A stretch of DNA of 64,000 nt from Vitrella brassicaformis CCMP3155 (Eukaryota; Protista; Chromerida). The notes beneath the pieces were generated by a model. That model saw only the letters and a program-made list of their open reading frames with translations, did no database searches and was not told where the DNA came from. The stretch is from contig CDMY01000781.1 in NCBI GenBank assembly GCA_001179505.1, positions 62,001 to 126,000 of the forward strand, written 5' to 3'. The position numbers and the translations under genes were made by a program. Positions 13,013 to 25,131 of the stretch are shown in pieces; the stretch's first letter is position 1, and each line of letters starts with the position of its first letter.

Positions 13013-14383
13013 CCGGCCTGGCCTTGCCGCCCGGTGGCCCTAGGTGGGCTGCCAGGACCACCTACCTAACCTGAAACCAACGCTTGCAAGCAACGCAACA
13101 ACGCTCACGTCATCGATCTGTCTGTCGACAGATCGCCCCGGCAACTCGACAGTCGTGTCCCCCCCTCGTGTATAGCAGCGACAAGGACCGACAGGAGAAT
13201 CTGTTCTGCCTGCCTGCCTGCTTAGGCAGCCAGCCAGCCGACCAACGTATTAGTGTGCGTACAGAAAGAACGAACTGACCATCACTCGTTTTTGCGTCAT
13301 GCTCCCTCCACCTACCGATGGACTCGCTCACTCACTCGTTTCTTTACTTGCTGCCTCTTTTGTTGTGATGCTTTGCCTGAGGACCGATCCATCCATCCGA
13401 CCTTCCTGCCGCTATTGCTCCCTTCCTTGTCCGTGTGTGAGCATGCGCGTGTGTGTGTGTGTGTGTGTGCATAACGCAGCGTGTTCATTCACGGGCCCGA
13501 GTTGGATTATGTGATGGCTTAGCGAGACAGTCTGACAGACAGACGGACAGAAAAACGGCGGGCGGACGGACGGACGGATCGAAGGACTCGGTGAGCGATA
13601 TGCGTGTTCTTGTTGTGTGTGTGTGTGTGCGCGTGTCATGCGTGGGATGCATGTTATGTGTGGATCGGATGGTGGGTGTCTGGCAGATGTGCTGCTTGTA
13701 CAGATGAGTGACTACATATGTAAACATCATACTGACTGGTGTGGTTGGTACAGTGTGGTAACCTACCTACCTACCTACGCGTGACGTATGGCGGCTTATT
13801 GGGTGGATGGCTGATGTGGCTGCCACAGCTGTCTGTGTACTGGCTGGTACTTGTGCAGCACACATAGCATGCATTCATTCATCCATCCCGCCGTCGTGAG
13901 ATCGTTTTCTTAGTCAGTCCACTTGACTTGACTCACTCGCCTATTAACCTACCTACTGGCAATTGAGGGCGTGTGTGGGTGTGTGTGTGTATGTGTGTGT
14001 GGAGTGGGTATCAGCTAAGTGGATTCGTGTGTGGCTACCAGTCAAATGGATTCGTGTCTACGGCGTACTCTACTTCATTCATAGTGGAGGCCCTCTCAGG
14101 AGGCTTCGGCGAAGGCAATGAGCATTAACAGTGTCAGGAGAGAAAAATAGTCGGTCAGAGAACCACACCCACACCACACCACACACACACCACATCACCC
14201 ATCACTCACTCAGGGCACAAAGCTCTACCCACCCACCCACCCACCTACCTACCCACTATAGATTGATAGACTCATGGCTCGGCTCTCATCGCCCTGCCCT
14301 CATCTCTACCTAACCTAGCCACCCACAACGGTTTCAATCAGCACACCATGTACGGAGGCAGACAGACAGACAGACAGACAGTG

Positions 14384-15423
14384 TCATGACGCATAGTCCA
14401 TCTCCACCTCCACGGCTTTCTCCTCCTTCACCGCTGCCGGCGGCCTCTCCTTCTCCCCCACCTCCCTCTCCTCCCCCCGCCTCTTTGCTGCTGCCTTTGC
14501 CTCCGCCTCGCCCGCCCTCGGCAGGTCCCGGAGGTCGGCAAATTCTTTCGAGTTCATGATCATGTCATAGAAAATCTCCCAGTCGAGGACGTCCCCCACG
14601 TTGACGAGGAAGTAGGGCTTCACCCCCGTGCAAATGTCGTCCTCATTCTTGGCGTGCTGCACCAGCCTGGCCACAAACGCATCCCGAGTGCAGACCGTGT
14701 CGGAGCCGTCAGAGAAGAACCGAAAGACGCGCCGGACGATGTCGGGGTCCAGGGGAGCGGCTGTGAGGGCCTCGTTGATCCGCCTGCGGATCTCGACGGG
14801 GCTCTTGATGTCGGGGAACTCACTCCTGAGCTCGGTGTAGACCTCGTGTGTCTGGAGCAGCGGCCCGCCCGCTCGGTTGAGAGGCCACTTGAACTTGAGG
14901 TCGTTGAGATTGCTCTCAAAGGTTGGGTACTTGATGGCGTCGAGGCCGCCGTCGAAGAGGTAGGCATCCCACCGGGGCAGCGGGCGGTCAGGCAGCGACA
15001 CCCACGTTGAGAAGGCCTCACCCGAACCCGCAGCGGCATGCTCAGAGATGCGGCCGAACACACCTATCAGCGTACGCACCTGCACACACACATACAACAA
15101 ACAAAGCAGACACACAGGCGACCACGCCCACAGTGTATATGCAGTGCTCCAAACCAGGCAGACCACATCTGCACGGGACATCTCCTCACCAAATGTGTGT
15201 GTGTCGGCGGTGCCGCAAAAGCATCTCTCGCCGCAAATGGTCCTCTCTGCAGCCCTCGCCGTGACGAGGCCGCATCGCTGTGAGCACAAGCTGGCAGCTG
15301 GGACGGACAGAGCTGGGAGCTGCGAGATCCCGCAGACCTTATTCCAACGCTTGTGATTGTTTGTATCAGCCAGGCGGCTGAACAGATGAACCGCAGCGAC
15401 GCAGGGATGATACTCGCCTTCAT
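14384..15423 (-). CDS. Hypothetical protein with a possible degenerate EF-hand pair
   Basis: Coding-like terminal exon 14384-15079 after a (GT)n-GCAG acceptor, containing VFRFFSDGSDTVCTRDAFVARL and GDVLDWEIFYDMI. The first exon from MKASIIP (15423) is tentative. Confidence 0.55.
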
Positions 15424-15448
15424 TCTCTGCCGCCGGTTTTGCAAGCTC

Positions 15449-15457
15449 AAGCTCGCA
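15449..15457. promoter_or_regulatory. Candidate upstream motif AAGCTCGCA
   Basis: Exact 9-mer between ATG 15423 (-) and ATG 15651 (+). Confidence 0.5.
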
Positions 15458-15650
15458 TCCCGAGTCGTCTCAGACTCATCGCCATGTACACTTTTCCTGT
15501 TTTCTCTCCGTCTGGCCCGTGCGGTCCGTCTGGATCTCTATCGCACTGATCTTGTATTCTCGTCTGTTATCGCACCATCGCATATCTTGGCCTTGATCCT
15601 TCTCGCCTCTCAAGCCTTCCTCTCAAGCCTTCCTCCCGGCACCGACCACC

Positions 15651-16487
15651 ATGCGTGCCCAGCCACTTCTACTCCTCCTGGCAGCAGCATGCCTCGCCTT
15701 CACCCCAGCAGCAGCCCAAGATGCTGAAGCACAGCCTGCGCCTGATGTGGCCGACTCTGCGGCCGCCGACCCCGGTGGTGTGGCGGATCCTGTGGAGACG
15801 ACGGAGGCGCAGCCCTCTGTTGTCGAGACGATTCAACAGGAGGCTGCTGAGGCCGTCGACTCTGTCCAAGCTGAGGCTTCCCAGGCCGTGTCGGACGCCA
15901 TCGAGGACGTCCAGCAGAACGTCCAAGACACCGTGGATGAGGTCAACCAGTACCTCGAGCCCATCACCGGTGTCAACACCGATTCGTCGGTGACCGAGGC
16001 ACCGGGACTCGATGCCGACCCGGATGCTGATGTTGATGCTGATCCTAGTGCTGATGCTGAAGGCGGGGTCCGGCAGCTCACAGAAGAAGCAGCTGAGCGC
16101 GAGCTGCAGTATGGTGCCGGCGGGGTGCCGTTCAAGCACGTCGACTCTTACCACACGTATGGGGTCGCCTACCAGCCTGCCAACTACTACCCTGCCGCTG
16201 GGCCGTCAGCTGCCGCTCCCCACGACCATTACAAGGAGGGAGGCTACCCCGCTGCCGGTCCCCCTGCGCCCGTCAGCCAAGTGATCGTCACATGCGACCC
16301 TAAGAAGTGGAAGAAGCGGTGCTTCCCGCCATGCTTTGGCGGTGAGAACAACACGAGACGATAAGGCTGCCTGACGGTCTGTTCTCGTGATGGCATACCT
16401 GTCTTCTGTGTGTGTTGATTGATGTGATGTGTGTCTGCAGGTCCCGGCGACCCTCTGTGCTGCTTCTACCCCCCTCCCGGATGCTGA
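15651..16487 (+). CDS. Secreted precursor: signal peptide, acidic pro-region, RxL motifs, Tyr/Pro-rich segment and 6-Cys C-terminal peptide
   Basis: Signal MRAQPLLLLLAAACLAFTPAAA. An intron at ~16342-16440 joins ...CFPPCFG to GPGDPLCCFYPPPGC*, with TGA at 16485-16487. Confidence 0.85.
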
Positions 16488-17580
16488 GCGTGTCAGGCTG
16501 ACCCTGCTCGTTGTCATGCCTCCTCAGCCACACTCACTCGGTCGTTCAGATGTGGCTCGTCAGACACAGCCGGGCCCCTGTCACTGCTGGGCCCCTGAAT
16601 CTTGCGAGCAACGTCGCGACGGATAAGCAGAGCGAGCTGAGCTGACCGCTTTTTCAAGATGATGAGGAGGGACGGGGAGATGCGTGAATCGAATCCATGG
16701 CATGGACGGGTGTGGGTGAGTTTGGTAATTGGTTTTGGTTGTGTGCGCAAGTTAGGGACAGGGAAGGAAGTAGATACTAGGCTAGGCGATAGCTGATGGC
16801 TGGCTGGCTGGATGGATGGATGGATGGATGGCAGCCTGATGGGACGAACGCTCTTTAAGCCAGGAAGGAACTTGCTGCCGTCCGTCCGTCCGTCCGGTGC
16901 GTGGTTGCTGTCTTGTCATGTCTGGTGGGTGGGGCGAGAGCATGTACCAGCATGCAACGATGCGGCCATTCCTTCCCAACATGCGTGCCGTGCCGTGCCA
17001 TTCACTGCTGGCTGCCTGCGCCATTATACGTATTTGCTTACTGTGGGACATTTGTCTGTCTACATGATGTGTGTCTCCTCTCTCCCTTGCTCCCTCTCTC
17101 CCTCTCTCCTTGTCACAATCGCACTCCCTTCCTGTAAATACGTGTATCGCACTTTCTCCGTCGCGCTAGGCGATAGGTGAGCGTGGGGCGTCGTGTCGGC
17201 TCCCTCGCGTGTGTGTCGTGATGTGTCGTGTTGCGTGCATTGGTTTGCGTGTCGCTGTTGTTTGTTTCTTGACGGTCACAGCCACAAACGAGCGAGCGTG
17301 CCTAGCTCTTCCGCTATCCTTTTACGTCGAGACAGCAGGTACATACTCGTTTTTGGCTCGTGGGGGTGGGTGGTGGGGGGTCTGGTGGGGGTGTGACGGG
17401 ATGATGGGGCCCGTGCATTTGGAGAACAACGAGACAGAGACGACAAGACTGAGGGAGGAGGGAGGGAGACAGTGGCTAACTAACAAATAGTCCGTCTGTC
17501 CATATCCATCTGGACACGGCTCGGCTGCAGGGCAAACACGGCTACGCTACACCTGACGTGACCACCATGGGCCAATCTAC

Positions 17581-20500
17581 CTACACTCCCCCCTCTCCCT
17601 CCCCCCTGCTCCTCTTCTTGGCTATCCATCCTTCTCCTTTGCTGTACACGGGAACCGACGCCAACATGGCACCAATTCCACGACCACCAACACCATTGCC
17701 ACCCCTCCCCGCCGCCCCTACCTCTCCCTCTCCCTCTGAACCGTACCGCACCACCTCCCCCCCTCCATCGGCTCCCTCCCTCTCCCTGTCGGGCTCAAGC
17801 GGCCGCTTTACGCCCGTCCGGCTGCTCGCAGCGGATGCCTCAGGGTCAGGCACCGGCGCCATGGCGGCATTCGTCTCTGCTGCTGGCTGGTGGCTCCCGT
17901 CTTTCCTCGTCTCTGGCGTGTGTCTCGCTGGGGCGAGGTTCTTGAGGGGGGAGGGGAGGTGATGTGAGCCGATGCGCTCCAAAATGGCGAATGATGGCGA
18001 GGCGATGAGGGCGTGGCGGGCGGCGTCGAGCCTTTCGCGGGCGGCGGCGTGCTCCTCTTGACAGGCCTTGAGGGCCACGGGGGTGTGCTCCGTCTGCTCG
18101 GACGTTTGCAGCTGCACACCACCGAATCGACATGCACGGCAGAGATGGACGATGGACAGAGTGTGCCGGGGTCTCCTTCCTACATGTGTGTGTTCGACGA
18201 TGGTTGCGAGTAGTTCATGTCTGTCGTTGGAGAACTCCTGCGCGAGCTGCTTGGCCGACACTATGATGGTCTCGAACTGACAGACAGACATAGACACACA
18301 AGGGATCGGTGCAGCCCAGCCCATCACTCACACACACACACACACACACACACAAGTCGCTGAGCTCACCCGTTTCTTGCCGATGAAGACCCTCGTGAGT
18401 GCGTTGATGTAGGGGCCGATCACGTCACGGTATCTGCTCCCATTGGCATCCTTCACACGCACAGCGGACAGACAGACATACGCCACACCCACCTGCACCC
18501 CGCCCCTTCTCCAGTCTCTGTCCGTCTGCTTCATTCACTTTGAGGTTTGTCTGCAGCAGTGCCTTTCCATTCGAGTACAGCCAGTGGTAGAAGGCCGACA
18601 GGTCGTCGCCGCTGCGATACAGCGACCCGCCACCGTGCGTCTGACTGGCGGCTGTGTCGGCAGCAGGGGAGCCTGAACCGGGACTGGGCCTGTCCGGCAC
18701 GTCTAGAGACAATGACCGGCCGGCCAGCGCCTCGGCCAGAAGCACCTCACACTGAGCCAACACCTGCACACACACACGCGAGGCGCACCCACGTGAGCTC
18801 TCTCTCGTGCCGCTGCGTGTCTGTCGAGCCCACCAGTCCCGCCGCGAATCGTCCGTGCGCCATTCCCATGTTGGCCGTCACACTGAAGGGTTCCAGCTCG
18901 TTCCACGGGATGCGCTGCTCCATCGACGCACATCCCTCCAGCGGCGACCGGCTGCCCATGGCCCTGTGGGCGTCGTCGAGGGTCTGCCTGATGGCGGTGG
19001 CCGGATGTGGGTCGATGAGCAGCAGGGTGCGGTAGAGGGACTGCCACAGGGGGTGGGACAGCACCGAGGGGATGTTGGGCGGGGAGCGCTCGGGCACGTT
19101 GGGGGGCAGCAGGTGCGACAGCAGCGCCCCGTCAGCCATGCACCTGATCCATCGAACAAAACAGCGCACATACAGGGACAGGGAACGACTGCGAGTGTTA
19201 TGGGTGTGTCTGTGTGTGTGTGTGTGTTGTGTGTGTGTGTGGTTACAGTGAGGAGAGGTAGAATAGCATCTCCGGCCCTGCGAGGTCTGTCTGGCCGGGT
19301 GCCCCACCGCCATCTGGCTGCGGCAGGCCGCATGTGGGCCTCAACTGAGACAACTCGGATACCGACTGAACACACAAGGGACACCCATACATCTATCTGA
19401 TCTGTCACGTCACAGCAGCAGAGCATATATTCCCGCCTCTTCTCTCTCTGTATCTGACCTTGAGCAGGCTGTTCCTGGCCTGTCGCACAAACGGTCTGTC
19501 GACCACACCACACTCGACGGCCGCCCACAGTGTGTAGGCCCGCAGGTCCATGCCGCAGCACAGGTAGAAGAGGAAGGCCGCCTCGTCCAGCCCCTTGTCC
19601 TTGGTGCATGGCGGCAGCTGTGTCTGCCACCGCGTCAGCACCTGGCAGGCCTCTTGCAGCAGCTCCAACGTAACAGGGGCCGTAGGGTACAGCACGAACG
19701 ACACCTGGATGCTGAATATATGCACACAGGGTGTGAGGAGGGGGGATGTTGTGCTGTGCAGGGTTTGTGTGTCTTCTCTGTCTGCTCTGTCTGCTCTGCT
19801 TGCTGGTATGTATTTTACCCGTGCACGATGATCCGCCACGCCAGCCGATGGACGCTCAGCGAGAAGGTGTGATGCCTCATCAAAGCCGCAACCTGACACA
19901 AGGAAGGAAGCCGGTCACATCATTCCCCACTCCGGGCCGCGGAGTCGTTATCTGTGAGCCTCACCTTCTTGGCTTGTAGCGTCCCGAAGTCGACAATGGT
20001 GCGCACGGGCTCTTTCTTGACGTCGTTCTTGTGCGGGCAGTTGGCCAGGCCGACCGTATACGCGTCAATCGTGTGCAGATACAACTCTACCGGCGTCAGC
20101 CTGAGCGATGAAGAGAAACAATGACACGTCACGTGCTCCTATTCCGATTCATTGACGGTGTTGTGTTGGTGTGTGCGTGTGCACCAACCACTGTGCGGGG
20201 ACGAGTGTGTGGTTGGGTTTTTGCAGGAGTGCCTCCAGCCACTCGATCATGTCCCTGATGTCCTGCAGCGCCGCCCTGACGTCCTCCTCCACCGACGGCT
20301 GCTTGGTGACGTACGGGTTGCCCTCGCGCCACAGCAGACACGTCAGCTGAATGCACACATACACACACCTGAACAAACACCAACACACACACATACCATT
20401 GAGTCGGCCCCATGTATCCCCTCCCTCAATGCGATGCCTGTGTACCTTACTTACCTGCACCAACCACATTGGGCCTTGCTCCACGGCGACTTGGCCTGCC

Positions 20501-21260
20501 CCTCCCCCCCTCTCTCCCACCAGTGCCGCTGCTCCCGCACCCTGGCCAGAGCCGCCTCAGCCATGCTCCCACGGTAGTCACGCCGACCGAAGCAGTGCAC
20601 ATACGCCTCCAGCAGCACACACGACACATAATGCCACGCCACCACTGCACCACCCGCATCACCACCCGCACCCGCCTCCCCGGCCGCCACACTGACGTGA
20701 TGGATGTGTGCCAGCAAAGGCTCATACACGTGCTGGATGGCCTGGCGGCACGCGGCAATAGCACCGTCATAGTCCTTGCTGGCCAGTCGACGCTGGATGC
20801 GGTGGATCAGGTGGCCGGATGTGACGGCGATGAGCTGAATCATCGGCGGTGACAGCCGCCCCGTGCCGCCGTCTGACACATGGAGCAGCTCCACTATGTA
20901 TGACCAGGCACACTCACGTACTCCGATGGCAATGAAGGTCTCAGCCGTGACGAGCAGCTGCGAGATGTCATCCGCGGACCGCCCGGCATCCACGCTGCTG
21001 CTGCCGTCCTGGTTGCATGACTTTGCGAGGACGGCCTTGATTCCGCTGAGGACGTGCTGCTTGAAGTAGAGGAGGGCTGACTTGTCGCCTGGCTGTCGGG
21101 TGTTGAGGTAACAGGCGGCGAACCATGCGAGGTTGAAGAAGTGCTTGGTCCGGTCAAGCGCGTTGTGGTTGTGGAGTTCGCTGATGCACTGCAAGGCGTA
21201 GGCCTCCTTGTGATGGCTGAGAGCACTGATGGCAAGCTTCGTCTTCAGCTCCAAGCGCAT
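17581..21260 (-). CDS. Large multi-exon hypothetical protein, predominantly helical
   Basis: Coding-like exons (MRLELKTKLAIS..., NPYVTKQPSVEEDV, VSFVLYPTAPVTLELL, LSAFYHWLYSNG, RYRDVIGPYINALTR) bounded by GT-AG sites with (TG)n acceptor tracts. No family recognised and both ends are uncertain. Confidence 0.6.
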
Positions 21261-21417
21261 CTCTCTGCGCCACGTCAGACGCTCACAGAAATCGGCATTC
21301 CGCCTCTTGAACTCGCACAGCTTTCAGTCGGAGAGGCACCGACGCCGAGGCAGACCCATCGTCGAAGCTTTGATGCATCAGACAAGCCTGTCGTATCCAA
21401 GGACGCCCGGACAAAAA

Positions 21418-21426
21418 GGCGAGCTT
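21418..21426. promoter_or_regulatory. Variant motif GGCGAGCTT
   Basis: One mismatch, in the divergent gap 21260/21587. Confidence 0.35.
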
Positions 21427-21586
21427 TGGCGAGAATTGACGAGCTGGCCGAAGTAGAGAGAGTCGGCGCTTTCCCCCGTAAGCTTCGTGGCGCATTTGTC
21501 CTCCATCGTTGTGGGGTGCCCTTCTCTGGCAAACAAGGCACTGCTTTCACCCAATTGAGTACGACTGAGGCATTGCTGGGCCATCC

Positions 21587-22722
21587 ATGTTCAAGAAGAA
21601 GGCTGACGCGAAGGCTTCCCCGCCCTGTGGCGACTCCACCTACCCCGCCTTCGACGAGGAGGCTCCCGCGCCCACCGCAGCTGGCCGCACTCACACGACC
21701 AAGGAGATCTCCTTGAAGATCTCCAAGGAGGGCACGGAGGGCAAGGAGGGCACGGAGATGAAGGAGATGAAGGAGATGAAGGCGGGGGAGAAGCGACTAC
21801 TGACTGACTACTTGGGCGTGTGGCCCGCAGCGGGAAGAACGTGTGGGATGTGGCAGGAATCTGCTGCTACAGCGGTATGACCACAGGAACCTTGCACAGC
21901 CTCGTCTTCTTTGTGTTTGTCGCGTCATGGCCGTGTTGTGGTGTTCAGTTTTCCTGGTCGCGGCGACAGCTCTCGTGTTGCTGTTCGGCTTCCTCTCGGT
22001 TTCGGTGTTCCTCTTGTTTTGCACCGCCTTCGTCATGCTGAATGGAAAGACGCCCATTGTGACACCGTAAGCCGGGGCAAAGCACTCACTGACAGACTGA
22101 GTGGCACCTGTGTCCATTGTGTCGTGTCGTGCCGTGTTGTGCTGCGGGAATGTTGTGGGTAGGGTCCACCATGAGGCTCCGCCGCCACCTCCTTACCACC
22201 CTTCTCCACCTGTGCGCACACACTTCTCCGAGCGGGCGCACGGCCAGCGCTCTGCGACGACGGACATCGCGTATAGGTGACACATGGGAACCACACAATA
22301 CGGATGGATGTTTGATTCGCGTGTGTGAGGGCGGGTGTGCTGTGTGGGTGTTCAGTGTTGGTGTGGAGTCGATGCGTCGTCTTGCTCGTGCTGGCCAGGT
22401 GTTTGAGCTGTCGTATGTGTCTGACGTCACACACAAGACCCACCGCATCGTAGTTCACGAGAAGGATATGAAAGAGCTCACCTCCGCGGCCGTCGACATA
22501 CACGTACATCCAGAAAGAAAGAAACAACATGGTTCTGTCACTGCGCAACATGGTTCTGTCACTGCGTGTCAAGAGATCTTCTCGTCTGCCTGCAGCACAT
22601 CATCTATCCCTTACTTTGTGGGATACGGGCATGCCTCGCCGATGCCGACCAGTCCGTCAGACGTGTGCACTCGCACAATGACCAAATGTGTGTGCGTCAT
22701 TGCGCGTGTGCTCATGACGTAG
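21587..22722 (+). CDS. Hypothetical membrane protein; the last exon runs into the antisense strand of the enolase-family gene fragment
   Basis: MFKKKADAK... then spliced ...GKNVWDVAGICCYSVFLVAATALVLLFGFLSVSVFLLFCTAFV (hydrophobic), PVHHEAPPPPPYHP, and VGVESMRRLARAGQVFELSY...ARVLMT*. The first intron needs a GC donor (~21792) or a frameshift. Confidence 0.55.
22525..22566. repeat. Perfect 2 x 21 bp tandem duplication (caacatggttctgtcactgcg) at the fragment breakpoint
   Basis: Read directly at 22525-22545 and 22546-22566. Confidence 0.95.
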
Positions 22723-23129
22723 GCATTGTTGAAGGGCAGCTTCAGCCGACGGATCTCGATGGATATTATCTTGGTTCCTTTCTTGCGGCTCGGATGGTCG
22801 ACAAGCTTAGCGGCCTGGATCTCCGCCTGGATCTCCTGACCACGGCCGACAAACGACGCACCTGCACACGGCGGGCGGACAAAAGACGGAGCCTCACATG
22901 CATAGATCTCAGGTATATCCGCCCACCGTGCATGTCGATATTGCAGTCCGTGCCCTCGCAGTCGGCATCGTAGCTCTCCTCGCCCACCCACAGCTCTGTA
23001 GGCAAACATCGTTGGCCACACGGCCGTTCGTGTGGACAAAAGGAGACCAAAATCGCGCATTTTGGGCATCTGCCATGGTGCATGGTCAGTTCGGAGCGTG
23101 TGTACGTCCATGTGGCTTACCTCGGCCAT
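22560..23129 (-). pseudogene. Truncated 5' fragment of an MLE-subgroup enolase-superfamily gene (paralog of 57899-59780)
   Basis: KIISIEIRRLKLPFNNAYVMSTRAMTHTHLVIVRVHTSDGLVGIGEACPYPTK, followed by the same intron 1 start as the 58 kb gene. Homology stops at 22560 and no further exons follow. Confidence 0.85.
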
Positions 23130-23329
23130 GGGTGCGCTGTGTTGCCTGGAGAGGCCACACGATAACGAGGAATCCGATTATTGATAGGAGAATGGCCGAC
23201 GTCAGATGCATCATCGCGCCACTGCGACGTCAAAAACGATTACAGACAACGCCGCGGGTCTAGAACACAAGGCTCGGAATTAATAGAGATCGCGTTTACG
23301 TTTGGCTCAAACCCACGACCTGCGCCACG

Positions 23330-24635
23330 ATGAGGCGAAGGCCCGCCAAGGTGGGCCTTGATGATGAAGGCGCAGGCTTCAAGCTGCCGCTGCTCAAGCG
23401 CTTCTGCGGCATCAATCTCATACTCGGGGCGAGCAAAGGGGGATGGATGCATCAGCGAATGGATGGATGGATGGACGAGCGTGTTGTGTATGCGTGTGCA
23501 GGTGGCGATTGTCGGTCTGATCAACCTCCTGTACAGCATCACGGTGATATCGCTCATGTCTAACAGGGACAAGATCCTTTTCTTCGACATCCCCCTGCCA
23601 CCCAGCATTCAACTCGCACGTGCGTACGGACGGATAGATGGACGACACACACAACATAACATGACGCATGACGGATGCACTGCAGACATGCTCCCTCTCT
23701 CCCTCTCTCTCTTTTCTTTCTCTTCCAGTGGCGGCGTGGTCCCTTGTGGGCATTACGGTGGTGATAGCTGGCGTGTGGGGCGCCTACTATGGTGTATATT
23801 GGCACGTCCGCCTCTACTACTACTATCTGCTCATCGGCTGGGCCGCGCAGGCCCTTTGCCACTTGTTCGTCTTCGCACAAGGGGCGGGCCTCTGCGTGCT
23901 CGTGCCAGGTGAGTGAGCATATGGTGCAAATAACTGACACACTTGAGTTCGAAGACACATTTGTGTGTGGTGCAGAGTCGATTAAGGATACGGGTGGGCA
24001 GGAGGGTGCAGTGTGTGGGCTGCTGGGGCTGGGGATGTTCCTCGTCGACATCCTTATCAACTCGTTCTGGATATACGCCATATGGACAGGTGGGTGACCA
24101 CCACACCACGCACTGCACAATGGATATTTCCATTGTTTGTGTGCTGTGTATGTGTCCATCCATCCATCCGTCAGTGTGGTCTGTTGCCGAGCATATCCAG
24201 GCTACTGAGATATCAGCGTTCGTTGCCAAGAGTGCCCTCCTTGACCCAGAAAAACAGCGACTCCTTCTCGCAGGTACCAACGAGAGAGTGTTGCATACCT
24301 TCATCCACACACACACACACACACACACGCCCACGCATAAATGGTTTTTCTGATCTTCTGGCTGCGTACCGACAGACCGCTATGCAGCCGAGGGCCCCTC
24401 GGACAGCCCCGACATGTTCGCCCCGCCCCCTGGCAAGTCGCCCATTGGCCCGCCCATTCAGCAGCAGCAGCAGCAGCCGATCCCACATACTGCGCCTGTG
24501 TCCGGTGAGGGCTATGCTGGTGCGGTGGGGCAGTGGACGGATGCAAGGAGGGGCGGGGCTGACGTGTATGCCAGCTACTGAAGGCCGCTTGTAGATCTCA
24601 ACAGCTGTCGCCGTGCTTCTTGCGTGCGGCCGTAG
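23330..24635 (+). CDS. Hypothetical four-TM membrane protein (LAPTM/tetraspanin-like topology)
   Basis: FKLPLLKRFCGINLILG|VAIVGLINLLYSITVI (needs a GC-AG intron at 23429-23501), WSLVGITVVIAGVWGAYYG, LYYYYLLIGWAAQALC, VCGLLGLGMFLVDILINSFWIYAIW, and a Pro/Gln tail to TAG at 24633-24635. Confidence 0.65.
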
Positions 24636-25131
24636 ACGGCGGTCGACGGGCGAACGCAAGAAGCACGGCGACACAGCAATCGCATCCATGTAGAAGGAAA
24701 CGAGCGAACGATAGACGTGTCTCCCTGTCTCGCTGTCTGTCTTCACCACAGACGGGCGGCAGCGGCTGGCAGGACCGACGATTCGCGTGTGCATGTCCTG
24801 CAGCCCGGCCATGTATTTGTGTTTGGATACTCTCGGTACTCGGTATCTGCGAGCGTGTCCTGACAACCAAAAGAGGCGCTGATGTGCCTCTTGTGGATAA
24901 GTGGAGGCCTGTACAGTGTGCAACGAAAGCGCAGTCATCAAAAGATCCTTGAAAGATCCCCCCCGAGACTGCGCCCCCACACACCCCCCACGACAAAACG
25001 CCCCTTCAAGTTGTTCCCATCGGCTACAGAACCATTGTGTGTGCTGTCATTCACCTTGTCATCATTCCACTAAGAAGCTGTCCCAAAGCCCTGGGCCATC
25101 AGCCGGTTCGACCGATTCTCATTCCCGTAAG

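Noticed and set aside
23047-23065. Hairpin CCAAAAT-CGCGC-ATTTTGG
   Set aside because: A single 7-bp stem is expected by chance in 64 kb, and it does not recur elsewhere.
24213-24980. 255-codon minus-strand ORF
   Set aside because: It is antisense to the last exons of the 4-TM gene and includes microsatellite translation. A shadow ORF.
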